From the human T2T-CHM13v2.0 reference genome, Homo sapiens, in assembly GCA_009914755.4 (NCBI GenBank), contig CP068257.2:480001-544000 (forward strand): a stretch of 64,000 nucleotides of DNA, written 5' to 3'. A program made the translations under genes and the position numbers. The notes under the pieces are model-generated. The model was not told the origin of the DNA. It searched no databases and saw only the letters and a program-made list of their open reading frames with translations. Position 1 is the first letter of the stretch; each line of letters starts with the position of its first letter. Shown here piece after piece: positions 1 through 15,000 of the stretch.

Positions 1-3000
1 GGCATTGCAATGTATCTCTGCACTGATCACCTAGGTCTTGTAGCTATTTTCTAGGATCTGCCTACAGGGTGCTTTGTGACGTGTCCCAGCAAGGATTACC
101 CAGGTGATGTACCTCTCATCAAGGCTCTGCCTACAGGCACATTGTGATGTATCTCTGCACTGATCACCTAGGTCATGTAACTTTTTTCTAGGCTCTACCT
201 ACGATGGCATTGTGACATATCTCTGCACTAATCATCCAAGTGATGTAACTCTTGTCTAGGATGTGCCGAAATTAACTTTATGACATAACCCTGTACTGAT
301 CATCCAGGTGATGGAGCTTTTGTCTAGGCTCTGCCTAAGGGGGCATTGTGACATATTTCTGCATTGATCCCCCAGGTGGCGAACTCTTCTCTCGGATCTG
401 CCTATGGGGGCATTGTGAGAAATCTCTGCACTGATCACCCAGGTGATGTAACTGTTGTGTATCCTCTGCCTACAGGGGAATTGTGAGAGATCTCGTCACT
501 GATTACCCAAGTGATGTAACCGTTGTCTAGGCTTTGCATACAGGGGGCTTTGTGACATACCTTTGCACTGATCACCCAGGTGATGTAACACATCTAAGTT
601 CGGCCTAAAGGAGCTTTGTGACATATCTCTGCACTGATCGCTTAGGTGATGTAACACTTTTATAATCACTGCCTACAGGGAATTTTGACAAATCTCTGCA
701 CTGATCACCTAGGTGATGTAACTCCTGTCTACCCTCTGTCCAACGGGGCATTGTGAAATACCTCTGCACTGATCACCCAGGTGATTCAACTCTTGACTAG
801 GAACTGGCTACAGAGGTTATTGTGAAATATCTCTGCGCTGATAAACTAGGTGGTGTAAACCTTGTCAAAGCTCTGCCTACAGGGGCGTTTCGACATATCC
901 CTGAAATGATGACAAAGGTGATGTAACTCTTGCCTATGCTTTGCCTACAGGGAACATTGGACATATATCTGCACTGATCACCCAGGTGATGCAACTCTTG
1001 CCTAGGCTTTGAAAACAGGGGACATCGTAACATATCTCTTCAATGATCACTCATGTGATGCATCTCTTGCCTAGGCTTTACCTACAGGGGACATTGTGAA
1101 ATATCTCTGCACTGATCTCCCAGGTGCTGTAACTTTAGTCTAGGCTCTGCCTACACGACATTGTGACATATCACTGCACTCATCAACCAGGTGATATAAC
1201 TCTTGTATAGGCTCTGCCTACAGGGGGATTGTGACCTACGACTGCACTGATCACCCAGGTGATATAACTCTTCTCTAGGATCTGCCTACAAGGTACTTTG
1301 TGACATATCCCTGCACTGATCACCCAGGTGATCTAACTCTGGTCTAAGCTCTGCCTAAAGGGGCATTGTGACAGATCTCTGCACTGATCACTCTGGTGAT
1401 GTAAGTATTTTCTAGGCTCTGCTTCAAGGGGCCTTGTCACATACCTCTGCACTGATCACCCAGGTGATGTAACTCTTGTCTAGGCTCTGCTTCCAGGGCA
1501 TATTGTGACATATCTATGCACTGATCACCTTAGTGATGTAACACTTTGGTAGGCTCGGCCTACAGGGGAATCTTGACATATCTCTGCAGTTTTAACCGAG
1601 GTGATTGAACTCTTGTCTAGGCTGTGCCCACAGGGGGATTGAGACATATCTCTGCACTGATCCCGAGGTGATACAACTCTTGCCTGGTATCTGCCTACTG
1701 TGGACATTGGGACATATCTCTGCACTGATCTCCCAGGTGCTGTAACTTTAGTCTAGGCTCTGGCTACACGGCATTGTGACATATCACTGCACTGATCACC
1801 CAGGCGATATAACTCTTCTCTAGGATCTGACCACAGGGTGCTTTGTGACATATCCCTGCAATGATCACCCAGGTGATATACCACTTGCCAAGGCTCTGCC
1901 TACAGGGGCATTGCAATGTATCTCTGCACTGATCACCTAGGTCTTGTAGCTATTTTCTAGGATCTGCCTACAGGGTGCTTTGTGACGTGTCCCAGCAAGG
2001 ATTACCCAGGTGATGTACCTCTCATCAAGGCTCTGCCTACAGGCACATTGTGATGTATCTCTGCACTGATCACCTAGGTCATGTAACTTTTTTCTAGGCT
2101 CTACCTACGATGGCATTGTGACATATCTCTGCACTAATCATCCAAGTGATGTAACTCTTGTCTAGGATGTGCCGAAATTAACTTTTTGACATAACCCTGT
2201 ACTGATCATCCAGGTGATGGAGCTTTTGTCTAGGCTCTGCCTAAGGGGGCATTGTGACATATTTCTGCATTGATCACCCAGGTGGCGAACTCTTCTCTCG
2301 GATCTGCCTATGGGGGCATTGTGAGAAATCTCTGCACTGATCACCCAGGTGATGTAACTGTTGTGTTACCTCTGCCTACAGGTTAATTGTGAGAGATCTC
2401 GTCACTGATTACCCAAGTGATGTAACCATTGTCTAGACTTTGCGTACAGGGGGCTTTGTGACATACCTTTGCACTGATCACCCAGGTGATGTAACACATC
2501 TAAGTTCGGCCTAAAGGAGCTTTGTGACATATCTCTGCACTGATCACTTAGGTGATGTAACACTTTTATAATCACTGCCTACAGGGAATTTTGACAAATC
2601 TCTGCACTGATCACCTAGGCGATGTAACTCTTGTCTACCCTCTGTCCAACGGGGCATTGTGAAATGTCTCTGCACTGATCACCCAGGTGACTCAACTCTT
2701 GACTAGGAACTGCCTACAGAGGTTATTGTGAAATATCTCTGCACTGATAAACTAGGTGGTGTAACCCTTGTCCAAGCTCTGCCTACAGGGGCGTTTCCAC
2801 ATATCCCTGAACTGATGACAAAGGTTATGTAACTCTTGCCTAGGCTTTGCCTACAGGGAACATTGGACATATATCTGCACTGATCACCTAGGTGATGCAA
2901 CTCTTGCCTAGGCTTTGCCTACAGGGGACATTGTGACATATCTCTTCAATGATCACTCATCTGATGCATCTCTTACCTAGGCTTTGCGTACAGGGGACAT

Positions 3001-6000
3001 TGTGACATATCTCTGCACTGATCTCCCAGGTGCTGTAACTTTAGTCTAGGCTCTGGCTACACGGTATTGTGACATATCACTGTACTGATCAACCAGGTGA
3101 TATAACTCTTGTATAGGCTCTGCCTACAGGGTGATTGTGACCTACCTCTGCACTGATCACCCAGGTGATATAACTCTTCTCTAGGATCTGCCTACAGGGT
3201 ACTTTGTGACATATCCCTGCACTGATCACCCAGGTGATCTAACTCTGGTCTAAGCTCTGCCTAAAGGGGCATTGTGACAGATCTCTGCACTGATCCCTCT
3301 GGTGATGTAAGTATTGTCTAGGCTCTGCTTCAAGGGGCCTTGTCACATATCTCTGCACTGATCACCCAGGTGATGTAACTCTTGTCTAGGCTCTGCTTCC
3401 AGGGCATATTGTGACATATCTATGCACTGATCACCTTAGTGATGTAACACTTTGGTAGGCTCGGCCTACAGGGGAATCTTGACATATCTTTGCACTGTTA
3501 ACGGAGGTGATTTAACTCTTGTCTAGGCTGTGCCCATAGGGGGATTGAGACATATCTCTGCACTGATCCCGAGGTGATACAACTCTTGCCTGGTCTCTGC
3601 CTACTGTGGACATTGTGACATATCTCTGCACTGATCTCCCAGGTGCTGTAACTTTAGTCTATGCTCCGGCTACACGGCATTGTAACATATCACTACACTG
3701 ATCACCCAGGCGATATAACTCTTCTCTAGGATCTGACCACAGGGTGCTTTGTGACATATCCCTGCAATGATCACCCAGGTGATATACCACTTGCCAAGGC
3801 TCTGCCTACAGGGGCATTGCAATGTATCTCTGCACTGATCACCTAGGTCTTGTAGCTATTTTCTAGGATCTGCCTACAGGGTGCTTTGTGACGTGTCCCA
3901 GCAAGGATTACCCAGGTAATGTACCTCTCATCAAGGCTCTGTCTACAGGCACATTGTGATGTATCTCTGCACTGATCACCTAGGTCATGTAACTTTTTTC
4001 TAGGCTCTACCTACGATGGCATTGTGACATATCTCTGCACTAATCATCCAAGTGATGTAACCCTTGTCTAGGATCTGCCTAAATTATCTTTTTGACATAA
4101 CCCTGTACTGATCATCCAGGTGATGGAGCTTTTGTCTAGGCTCTGCCTAAGGGGGCATTGTGACATATTTCTGCATTGATCACCCAGGTGGCGAACTCTT
4201 CTCTCGGATCTGCCTATGGGGGCATTGTGAGAAATCTCTGCACTGATCACCCAGGTGATGTAATTGTTGTGTTACCTCTGCCTACAGGTTAATTGTGAGA
4301 GATCTCGTCACTGATTACCCAAGTGATGTAACCATTGTCTAGGCTTTGCGTACAGGGGGCTTTGTGACATACCTTTGCACTGATCACCCTGGTGATGTAA
4401 CACATCAAAGTTCGGCCTAAAGGAGCTTTGTGACATATCTCTGCACTGATCACTTAGGTGATGTAACACTTTTATAATCACTGCCTACAGGGAATTTTGA
4501 CAAATCTCTGCACTGATCACCTAGGTGATGTAACTCTTGTCTAACCTCTGTCCAACGGGGCATTGTGAAATATCTCTGCACTGATCACCCAGGTGATTCA
4601 ACTCTTGACTAGGAACTGCCTACAGAGGTTATTGTGAGATACCTCTGCACTGATAAACTAGGTCGGGTAACCCTTGTCCAAGCTCTGCCTTCAGGGGCGT
4701 TTCCACATATCCCTGAACTGATGACAAAAGTGATGTAACCCTTGCCTAGGCTTTGCCTACAGGGAACATTGGACATATATCTGCACTGATCACCCAGGTG
4801 ATGCTACTCTTGCCTAGGCTTTGCCTACAGGGAACATTGGACATATATCTGCACTGATCACCCAGGTGATGCAACTCTTGCCTAGGCTTTGCCTACAGGG
4901 GACATTGTGACATATCTCTTCAATGATCACTCATGTGATGCATCTCTTGCCTAGGCTTTGCCTACAGGCGACATTGTGACATATCTCTGCACTGATCTCC
5001 CAGGTGCTGTAACTTTAGTCTAGGCTCTGGCTACAAGGCATTGTGACCTACCTCTGCACTGATCACCCAGGTGTTATAACTCTTCTCTGGGATCTGCCTA
5101 CAGGGTACTTTGTGACATATCCCTGCACTGATCACCCAGGTGATCTAACTCTGGTCTAAGCTCTGCCTAAAGGGGCATTGTGACAGATCTCTGCACTGAT
5201 CACTCTGGTGATGTAAGTATTGTCTAGGCTCTGCTTCAAGGGGCCTTGTCACATATCTCTGCACTGATCACCCAGGTGATGTAACTCTTGTCTAGGCTCT
5301 GCTTCCAGGGCATATTGTGACATATCTATGCACTGATCACCTTAGTGATTGAACACTTTGGTAGGCTCGGCCTACAGGGGAATCTTGACATATCTCTGCA
5401 CTGTTAACCGAGGTGATTTAACTCTTGTCTAGGCTGTGCCCACAGGGGGATTGAGACATATCTCTGCACTGATCCCGAGGTGATACAACTCTTGCCTGGT
5501 CACTGCCTACTGTGGACATTGTGACATATCTCTGCACTGATCTCCCAGGTGCTGTAACTTTTGTCTAGGCTCTGGCTACACGGCATTGTGACATATCACT
5601 GCACTGATCACCCAGGCGATATAACTCTTCTCTAGGATCTGACCACATGGTGCTTTGTGACATATCCCTGCAATGATCACCCAGGTGATATACCACTTGC
5701 CAAGGCTCTGCCTACAGGGGCATTGCAATGTATCTCTGCACTGATCACCTAGGTCTTGTAGCTATTTTCTAGGATCTGCCTACAGGGTGCTTTGTGACGT
5801 GTCCCAGCAAGGATTACCCAGGTGATGTACCTCTCATCAAGGCTCTGCCTACAGGCACATTGTGATGTATCTCTGCACTGATCACCTAGGTCATGTAACT
5901 TTTTTCTAGGCTCTACCTACGATGGCATTGTGACATATCTCTGCACTAATCATCCAAGTGATGTAACTCTTGTCTAGGATGTGCCGAAATTAACTTTTTG

Positions 6001-9000
6001 ACATAACCCTGTACTGATCATCCAGGTGATGGAGCTTTTGTCTAGGCTCTGCCTAAGGGGGCATTGTGACATATTTCTGCATTGATCACCCAGGTGGCGA
6101 ACTCTTCTCTCGGATCTGCCTATGGGGGTATTTTGAGAAATCTCTGCACTGATCACCCAGGTGATGTAACTGTTGTGTAACCTCTGCCTACAGGGGAATT
6201 GTGAGAGATCTCGTCACTGATTACCCAAGTGATGTAACCGTTGTCTAGGCTTTGCATACAGGGGGCTTTGTGACATACCTTTGCACTGATCACCCAGGTG
6301 ATGTAACACATCTAAGTTCGGCCTAAAGGAGCTTTGTGACATATCTCTGCACTGATCGCTTAGGTGATGTAACACTTTTATAATCACTGCCTACAGGGAA
6401 TTTTGACAAATCTCTGCACTGATCACCTAGGTGATGTAACTCCTGTCTACCCTCTGTCCAACGGGGCATTGTGAAATACCTCTGCACTGATCACCCAGGT
6501 GATTCAACTCTTGACTAGGAACTGGCTACAGAGGTTATTGTGAAATATCTCTGCGCTGATAAACTAGGTGGTGTAAACCTTGTCAAAGCTCTGCCTACAG
6601 GGGCGTTTCGACATATCCCTGAAATGATGACAAAGGTGATGTAACTCTTGCCTATGCTTTGCCTACAGGGAACATTGGACATATATCTGCACTGATCACC
6701 CAGGTGATGCAACTCTTGCCTAGGCTTTGAAAACAGGGGACATCGTAACATATCTCTTCAATGATCACTCATGTGATGCATCTCTTGCCTAGGCTTTACC
6801 TACAGGGGACATTGTGAAATATCTCTGCACTGATCTCCCAGGTGCTGTAACTTTAGTCTAGGCTCTGGCTACACGACATTGTGACATATCACTGCACTGA
6901 TCAACCAGGTGATATAACTCTTGTATAGGCTCTGCCTACAGGGGGATTGTGACCTACGACTGCACTGATCACCCAGGTGATATAACTCTTCTCTAGGATC
7001 TGCCTACAAGGTACTTTGTGACATATCCCTGCACTGATCACCCAGGTGATCTAACTCTGGTCTAAGCTCTGCCTAAAGGGGCATTGTGACAGATCTCTGC
7101 ACTGATCACTCTGGTGATGTAAGTATTTTCTAGGCTCGGCTTCAAGGGGCCTTGTCACATACCTCTGCACTGATCACCCAGGTGATGTAACTCTTGTCTA
7201 GGCTCTGCTTCCAGGGCATATTGTGACATATCTATGCACTGATCACCTTAGTGATGTAACACTTTGGTAGGCTCGGCCTACAGGGGAATCTTGACATATC
7301 TCTGCAGTTTTAACCGAGGTGATTGAACTCTTGTCTAGGCTGTGCCCACAGGGGGATTGAGACATATCTCTGCACTGATCCCGAGGTGATACAACTCTTG
7401 CCTGGTATCTGCCTACTGTGGACATTGGGACATATCTCTGCACTGATCTCCCAGGTGCTGTAACTTTAGTCTAGGCTCTGGCTACACGGCATTGTGACAT
7501 ATCACTGCACTGATCACCCAGGCGATATAACTCTTCTCTAGGATCTGACCACAGGGTGCTTTGTGACATATCCCTGCAATGATCACCCAGGTGATATACC
7601 ACTTGCCAAGGCTCTGCCTACAGGGGCATTGCAATGTATCTCTGCACTGATCACCTAGGTCTTGTAGCTATTTTCTAGGATCTGCCTACAGGGTGCTTTG
7701 TGACGTGTCCCAGCAAGGATTACCCAGGTGATGTACCTCTCATCAAGGCTCTGCCTACAGGCACATTGTGATGTATCTCTGCACTGATCACCTAGGTCAT
7801 GTAACTTTTTTCTAGGCTCTACCTACGATGGCATTGTGACATATCTCTGCACTAATCATCCAAGTGATGTAACTCTTGTCTAGGATGTGCCGAAATTAAC
7901 TTTATGACATAACCCTGTACTGATCATCCAGGTGATGGAGCTTTTGTCTAGGCTCTGCCTAAGGGGGCATTGTGACATATTTCTGCATTGATCCCCCAGG
8001 TGGCGAACTCTTCTCTCGGATCTGCCTATGGGGGCATTGTGAGAAATCTCTGCACTGATCACCCAGGTGATGTAACTGTTGTGTATCCTCTGCCTACAGG
8101 GGAATTGTGAGAGATCTCGTCACTGATTACCCAAGTGATGTAACCGTTGTCTAGGCTTTGCATACAGGGGGCTTTGTGACATACCTTTGCACTGATCACC
8201 CAGGTGATGTAACACATCTAAGTTCGGCCTAAAGGAGCTTTGTGACATATCTCTGCACTGATCGCTTAGGTGATGTAACACTTTTATAATCACTGCCTAC
8301 AGGGAATTTTGACAAATCTCTGCACTGATCACCTAGGTGATGTAACTCCTGTCTACCCTCTGTCCAACGGGGCATTGTGAAATACCTCTGCACTGATCAC
8401 CCAGGTGATTCAACTCTTGACTAGGAACTGGCTACAGAGGTTATTGTGAAATATCTCTGCGCTGATAAACTAGGTGGTGTAAACCTTGTCAAAGCTCTGC
8501 CTACAGGGGCGTTTCGACATATCCCTGAAATGATGACAAAGGTGATGTAACTCTTGCCTATGCTTTGCCTACAGGGAACATTGGACATATATCTGCACTG
8601 ATCACCCAGGTGATGCAACTCTTGCCTAGGCTTTGAAAACAGGGGACATCGTAACATATCTCTTCAATGATCACTCATGTGATGCATCTCTTGCCTAGGC
8701 TTTACCTACAGGGGACATTGTGAAATATCTCTGCACTGATCTCCCAGGTGCTGTAACTTTAGTCTAGGCTCTGCCTACACGACATTGTGACATATCACTG
8801 CACTCATCAACCAGGTGATATAACTCTTGTATAGGCTCTGCCTACAGGGGGATTGTGACCTACGACTGCACTGATCACCCAGGTGATATAACTCTTCTCT
8901 AGGATCTGCCTACAAGGTACTTTGTGACATATCCCTGCACTGATCACCCAGGTGATCTAACTCTGGTCTAAGCTCTGCCTAAAGGGGCATTGTGACAGAT

Positions 9001-12000
9001 CTCTGCACTGATCACTCTGGTGATGTAAGTATTTTCTAGGCTCTGCTTCAAGGGGCCTTGTCACATACCTCTGCACTGATCACCCAGGTGATGTAACTCT
9101 TGTCTAGGCTCTGCTTCCAGGGCATATTGTGACATATCTATGCACTGATCACCTTAGTGATGTAACACTTTGGTAGGCTCGGCCTACAGGGGAATCTTGA
9201 CATATCTCTGCAGTTTTAACCGAGGTGATTGAACTCTTGTCTAGGCTGTGCCCACAGGGGGATTGAGACATATCTCTGCACTGATCCCGAGGTGATACAA
9301 CTCTTGCCTGGTATCTGCCTACTGTGGACATTGGGACATATCTCTGCACTGATCTCCCAGGTGCTGTAACTTTAGTCTAGGCTCTGGCTACACGGCATTG
9401 TGACATATCACTGCACTGATCACCCAGGCGATATAACTCTTCTCTAGGATCTGACCACAGGGTGCTTTGTGACATATCCCTGCAATGATCACCCAGGTGA
9501 TATACCACTTGCCAAGGCTCTGCCTACAGGGGCATTGCAATGTATCTCTGCACTGATCACCTAGGTCTTGTAGCTATTTTCTAGGATCTGCCTACAGGGT
9601 GCTTTGTGACGTGTCCCAGCAAGGATTACCCAGGTGATGTACCTCTCATCAAGGCTCTGCCTACAGGCATATTGTGAAGTATCTCTGCACTGATCACCTA
9701 GGTCATGTAACTTTTTTCTAGGCTCTACCTACGATGGCATTGTGACATATCTCTGCACTAATCATCCAAGTGATGTAACTCTTGTCTAGGATGTGCCTAA
9801 ATTAACTTTTTGACATAACCCTGTACTGATCATCCAGGTGATGGAGCTTTTGTCTAGGCTCTGCCTAAAGGGGCATTGTGACATATTTCTGCTTTGATCA
9901 CCCAGGTGGCGACCTCTTCTCTCGGATCTGCCTATGGGGGCATTGTGAGAAATCTCTGCACTGATCACCCAGGTGATGTAACTGTTGTGTAACCTCTGCC
10001 TACAGGTTAATTGTGAGAGATCTCGTCACTGATTACCCAAGTGATGTAACCATTGACTAGGCTTTGCGTACAGGGGGCTTTGTGACATACCTTTGCACGG
10101 ATCACCCAGGTGATGTAACACATCTAAGTTCGGCCTAAAGGAGCTTTGTGACATATCTCTGCACTGATCACTTAGGTGATGTAACACTTTTATAATCACG
10201 GCCTACAGGGAATTTTGACAAATCTCTGCACTGATCACCTAGGTGATGTAACTCCTGTCTACCCTCTGTCCAACGGGGCATTGTGAAATATCTCTGCACT
10301 GATCACCCAGGTGATTCAACTCTTGACTAGGAACTGCCTACAGAGGTTATTGTGAAATATCTCTGCACTGATAAACTAGGTGGGGTAACCCTTGTCCAAG
10401 CTCTGCCTACAGGGGCGTTTCCACATATCCCTGAACTAATGACAAAGGTGATGTAACTCTTTCCTAGGCTTTACCTACAAGGAACATTGGACATATATCT
10501 GCACTGATCACCCAGGTGATGCAACTCTTGCCTAGGCTTTGCCTACAGGGGACATTGTGACATATTTCTTCAATGATCACTCATGTGATGCATCTCTTGC
10601 TAGGCTTTGCCTACAGGGGACATTGTGACATATCTCTGTACTGATCTCCCAGGTGCTGTAACTTTAGTTTAGGCTCTGGCTACACGGCATTGTGACATAT
10701 CACTGCACTGATCAACCAGGTGATATAACTCTTGTATATGCTCTGAATACAGGGGGATTGTGACCTACCTCTGCACTGATCACCCAGGTGATATAAATCT
10801 TCTCTAGGATCTGCCTACAGGGTACTTTGTAACATATCCCTGCACTGATCACCCAGGTGATCTAACTCTGGTCTAAGCTCTGCCTAAAGGGGCATTGTGA
10901 CAGATCTATGCACTGATCACTCAGGTGATGTAAGTATTGTCTAGGCTCTGCTTCAAGGGGCCTTGTCACATATCTCTGCACTGATCACCCAGGTGATGTA
11001 ACTCTTGTCTAGGCTCTGCTTCCAGGGCATATTGTGACATATCTATGCACTGATCACCTTAGTGATGTAACACTTTGGTAGGCTCGGCCTACAGGGGAAT
11101 CTTGACATATCTCTGCACTGTTAGCCGAGGTGATTTAACTCTTGTCTAGGCTGTGCCCACAGGGGTATTGAGACAAATCTCTGCACTGATCCCGAGGTGA
11201 TACAACTCTTGCCTGGTCTCTGCCTACTGTGGACATTGTGACATATCTCTGCACTGATCTCCCAGGTGCTGTAACTTTAATCTAGGCTCTGGCTACACGG
11301 CATTGTGACATATCAATGCACTGATCACCCAGGCGATATAACTCTTCTCTAGGATCTGACCACATGGTGCTTTGTGACATATCCCTGCAATGATCACCCA
11401 GGTGATATACCACTTGCCAAGGCTCTGCCTACAGGGGCATTGCAATGCATCTCTGCACTGATCACCTAGGTCTTGTAGCTATTTTCTAGGATCTGCCTAC
11501 AGGGTGCTTTGTGACGTGTCCCAGCAAGGATTACCCAGGTGATGTACCTCTCATCAAGACTCTGCCTACAGGCATATTGTGATGTATCTCTACACTGACC
11601 ACCTAGGTCATTTAACTTTTTTCTAGGCTCTACCTACGATGGCATTGTGACATATCTCTGCACTAATCATCCAAGTGATGTAACTCTTGTCTAGGATGTG
11701 CCTAAATTAACTTTTTGACATAACCCTGTACTGATCATCCAGGTGATGGAACTTTTGTCTAGGCTCTGCCTAAGGGGGCATTGTGACATATTTCTTTATT
11801 GATCACCCAGGTGGCGAACTCTTCTCTCGGATCTGCCTATGGGGGCATTGTGAGAAATCTCTGCACTGATCACCCAGGTGATGTAACTGTTTTGTAACCT
11901 CTGCCTACAGGTTAATTGTGAGAGATCTCTTCACTGATTACCCACGTGATGTAACCATTGTCTAAGCTTTGCGTACAGGGGGCTTTGTGTCATACCTTTG

Positions 12001-15000
12001 CACTGATCACCCAGGTGATGTAACTGTTGTGTAACCTCTGCCTACAGGGGAATTGTGAGAGATCTCGTCACTGATTACCCAAGTGATGTAAGCGTTGTCT
12101 AGGCTTTGCGTACAAGGGGCTTTGTGACATACCTTTGCACTGATCACCCAGGTGATGTAACACATCTAAGTTCTGCCTAAAGGAGCTTTGTGACATATCT
12201 CTGCACTGATCACTTAGGTGATGTAACACTTTTATAATCACTGCCTACAAGGAATTTTGACAAATCTCTGCACTGATCACCTAGGTGATGTAACTCTTGT
12301 CTACCCTCTGTCCAACGGGGCATTGTGAAATATCTCTGCACTGATCACCCAGGTGATTCAACTCTTGACTAGGAACTGCCTACAGAGGTTATTGTGAAAT
12401 ATCTCTGCACTGATAAACTAGGTGGTGTAACCCTTGTCCAAGCTCTGCCTACATGGGCGTTTCCACATATCCCTGAACTGATGACAAAGGTGATGTAACT
12501 CTTGCCTAGGCTATGCCTACAGGGAACATTGGAAATATATCTGCACTGATCACCCAGGTGATGCAACTCTTGCCTTGGCTTTGCCTACAGGGGACATCGT
12601 GACATATCTCTTCAATGATAACTCATGTGATGCATCTCTTGCCTAGGCTTTGCCTACAGGGGACATTGTGACATATCTCTGCACTGATCTCCCAGGTGCT
12701 GTAACTTTAATGTATGCTCTGGCTACACGGCATTGTGACATATCACTGCACTGATCAACCAGGTGATATAACTTTTGTATAGGCTCTGCCTACAGGGGGA
12801 TTGTGACCTACCTCTGCACTGATCACCCAGGTGATATAACTCTTCTCTAGGATCTTCCTACAGGGTACTTTGTGACATATCCCTGCACTGATCACCCAGG
12901 TGATCTATCTCTGGTCTAAGCTCTGCTTAAAGGGGCATTGTGACAGATCTCTGCACTGATCACTCAGGTGATGTAAGTATTGTCTAGGCTCTGCTTCAAG
13001 GGGCCTTGTCACATATCTCTTCACTGATCACCCAGGTGATGTAACTCTTGTCTAGGCTCTGCTTCCAGGGCATATTGTGACATATCTATGCACTGATCAC
13101 CTTAGTGATGTAACACTTTGGTAGGCTTGGCCTACAGGGGAATCTTGACATATCTCTGCACTGTTAACCGAGGTGATTTAACTCTTGTCTAGGCTGTGCC
13201 CACAGGGGGATTGAGACATATCTCTGCACTGATCCCGAGGTGATACAACTCTTGCCTGGTCTCTGCCTACTGTGGACATTGTGACATATCTCTGCACTGA
13301 TCTCCCAGGTGCTGTAACTTTAGTCTAGCCTCTGGCTACACGGCATTGTGACATATCACTGCACTGATCACCCAGGCGATATAACTCTTCTCTAGGATCT
13401 GACCACAGGGTGCTTTGTGACATATCCCTGCAATGATCACCCAGGTGATATACCACTTGCCAAGGCTCTGCCTACAGGGGCATTGCAATGTATCTCTGCA
13501 CTGATCACCTAGGTCATGTAACTTTTTTCTAGGCTCTACCTACGATGGCATTGTGACACATCTCTGCACTAATCATCCAACTGATATAACTCTTGTCTAG
13601 GATTTGCCGAAATTAACTTTTTGACATAACCCTGTACTGATCATCCAGGTGATGGAGCTTTTGTCTAGGCTCTGCGTAAGGGGCATTGTGACATATTTCT
13701 GCATTGATCACCCAGGTGGCGAACTCTTCTCTCGGATCTGCCTATGGGGGCATTGTGAGAAATCTCTGTACTGATCACCCAGGTGATGTAACTGTTGTGT
13801 AACCTCTGCCTACAGGGGAATTGTGAGAGATCTCGTCACTGATTACCCAAGTGATGTAACCGTTGTCTAGGCTTTGCATACAGGGGGCTTTGTGACATAC
13901 CTTTGCACTGATCACCCAGGTGATGTAACACATCTAAGTTCGCTCTAAAGGAGCTTTGTGACATATCTCTGCACTGATCACTTAGGTGATGTAACACTTT
14001 TATAATCACTGCCTACAGGGAATTTTGACAAATCTCTTCACTGATCACCTAGGTGATGTAACTCTTGTCTACCCCCTGTCCAACGGGGCATTGTGAAATA
14101 TCTCTGCACTGATCACCCAGGTGATTCAACTCTTGACTAGGAACTGCCTACAGAGGTTATTGTGAAATATCTCTGCACTGATAAACTAGGTGGTGTAAAC
14201 CTTGTCCAAGCTCTGCCTACAGGGGCGTTTCCACATATCCCTGAACTGATGACAAAGGTTATGTAACTCTTGCCTTGGCTTTGCCTACAGGGAACATTGG
14301 ACATATATCTGCACTGATCACCCAGGTGATGCAACTCTTGCCTAGGCTTTGCCTACAGGGGACATCGTGACATATCTCTTCAATGATCACTCATGTGATG
14401 CATCTCTTGCCTAGGCTTTGCCTACAGGTGACATTGTGACATATCTCTGCACTGATCTCCCAGGTGCTGTAACTTTAGTCTAGGCTCTGGCTACACGGCA
14501 TTGTGACATATCACTGCACTGATCAACCAGGTGATATAACTCTTGTATAGGCTCTGCCTACAGGGGGATTGTGACGTACCTCTGCACTGATCACCCAGGT
14601 GATATAACTCTTCTCTAGGATCTGCCTACAGGGTACTTTGTGACATATCCCTTCACTGATCACCCAGGTGATCTAACTGTGGTCTAAGCTCTGCCTAAAG
14701 GGGCATTGTGACAGATCTCTGCACTGATCACTCTGGTGATGTAAGTATTGTCTAGTCTCTGCTTCAAGGGGCCTTGTCACATATCTCTGCACTGATCACC
14801 CAGGTGATGTAACACTTGTCTAGGCTCTGCTTCCAGGGCTTATTGTGACATATCTATGCACTGATCACCTTAGTGATGTAACACTTTGGTAGGCTCGGCC
14901 TACAGGGGAATCTTGACATATCTCTGCACTGTTAACCGAGGTGATTTAACTCTTGTCTAGGCGGTGCCCACAGGGGATTTGAGATATATCTCTGCACTGA

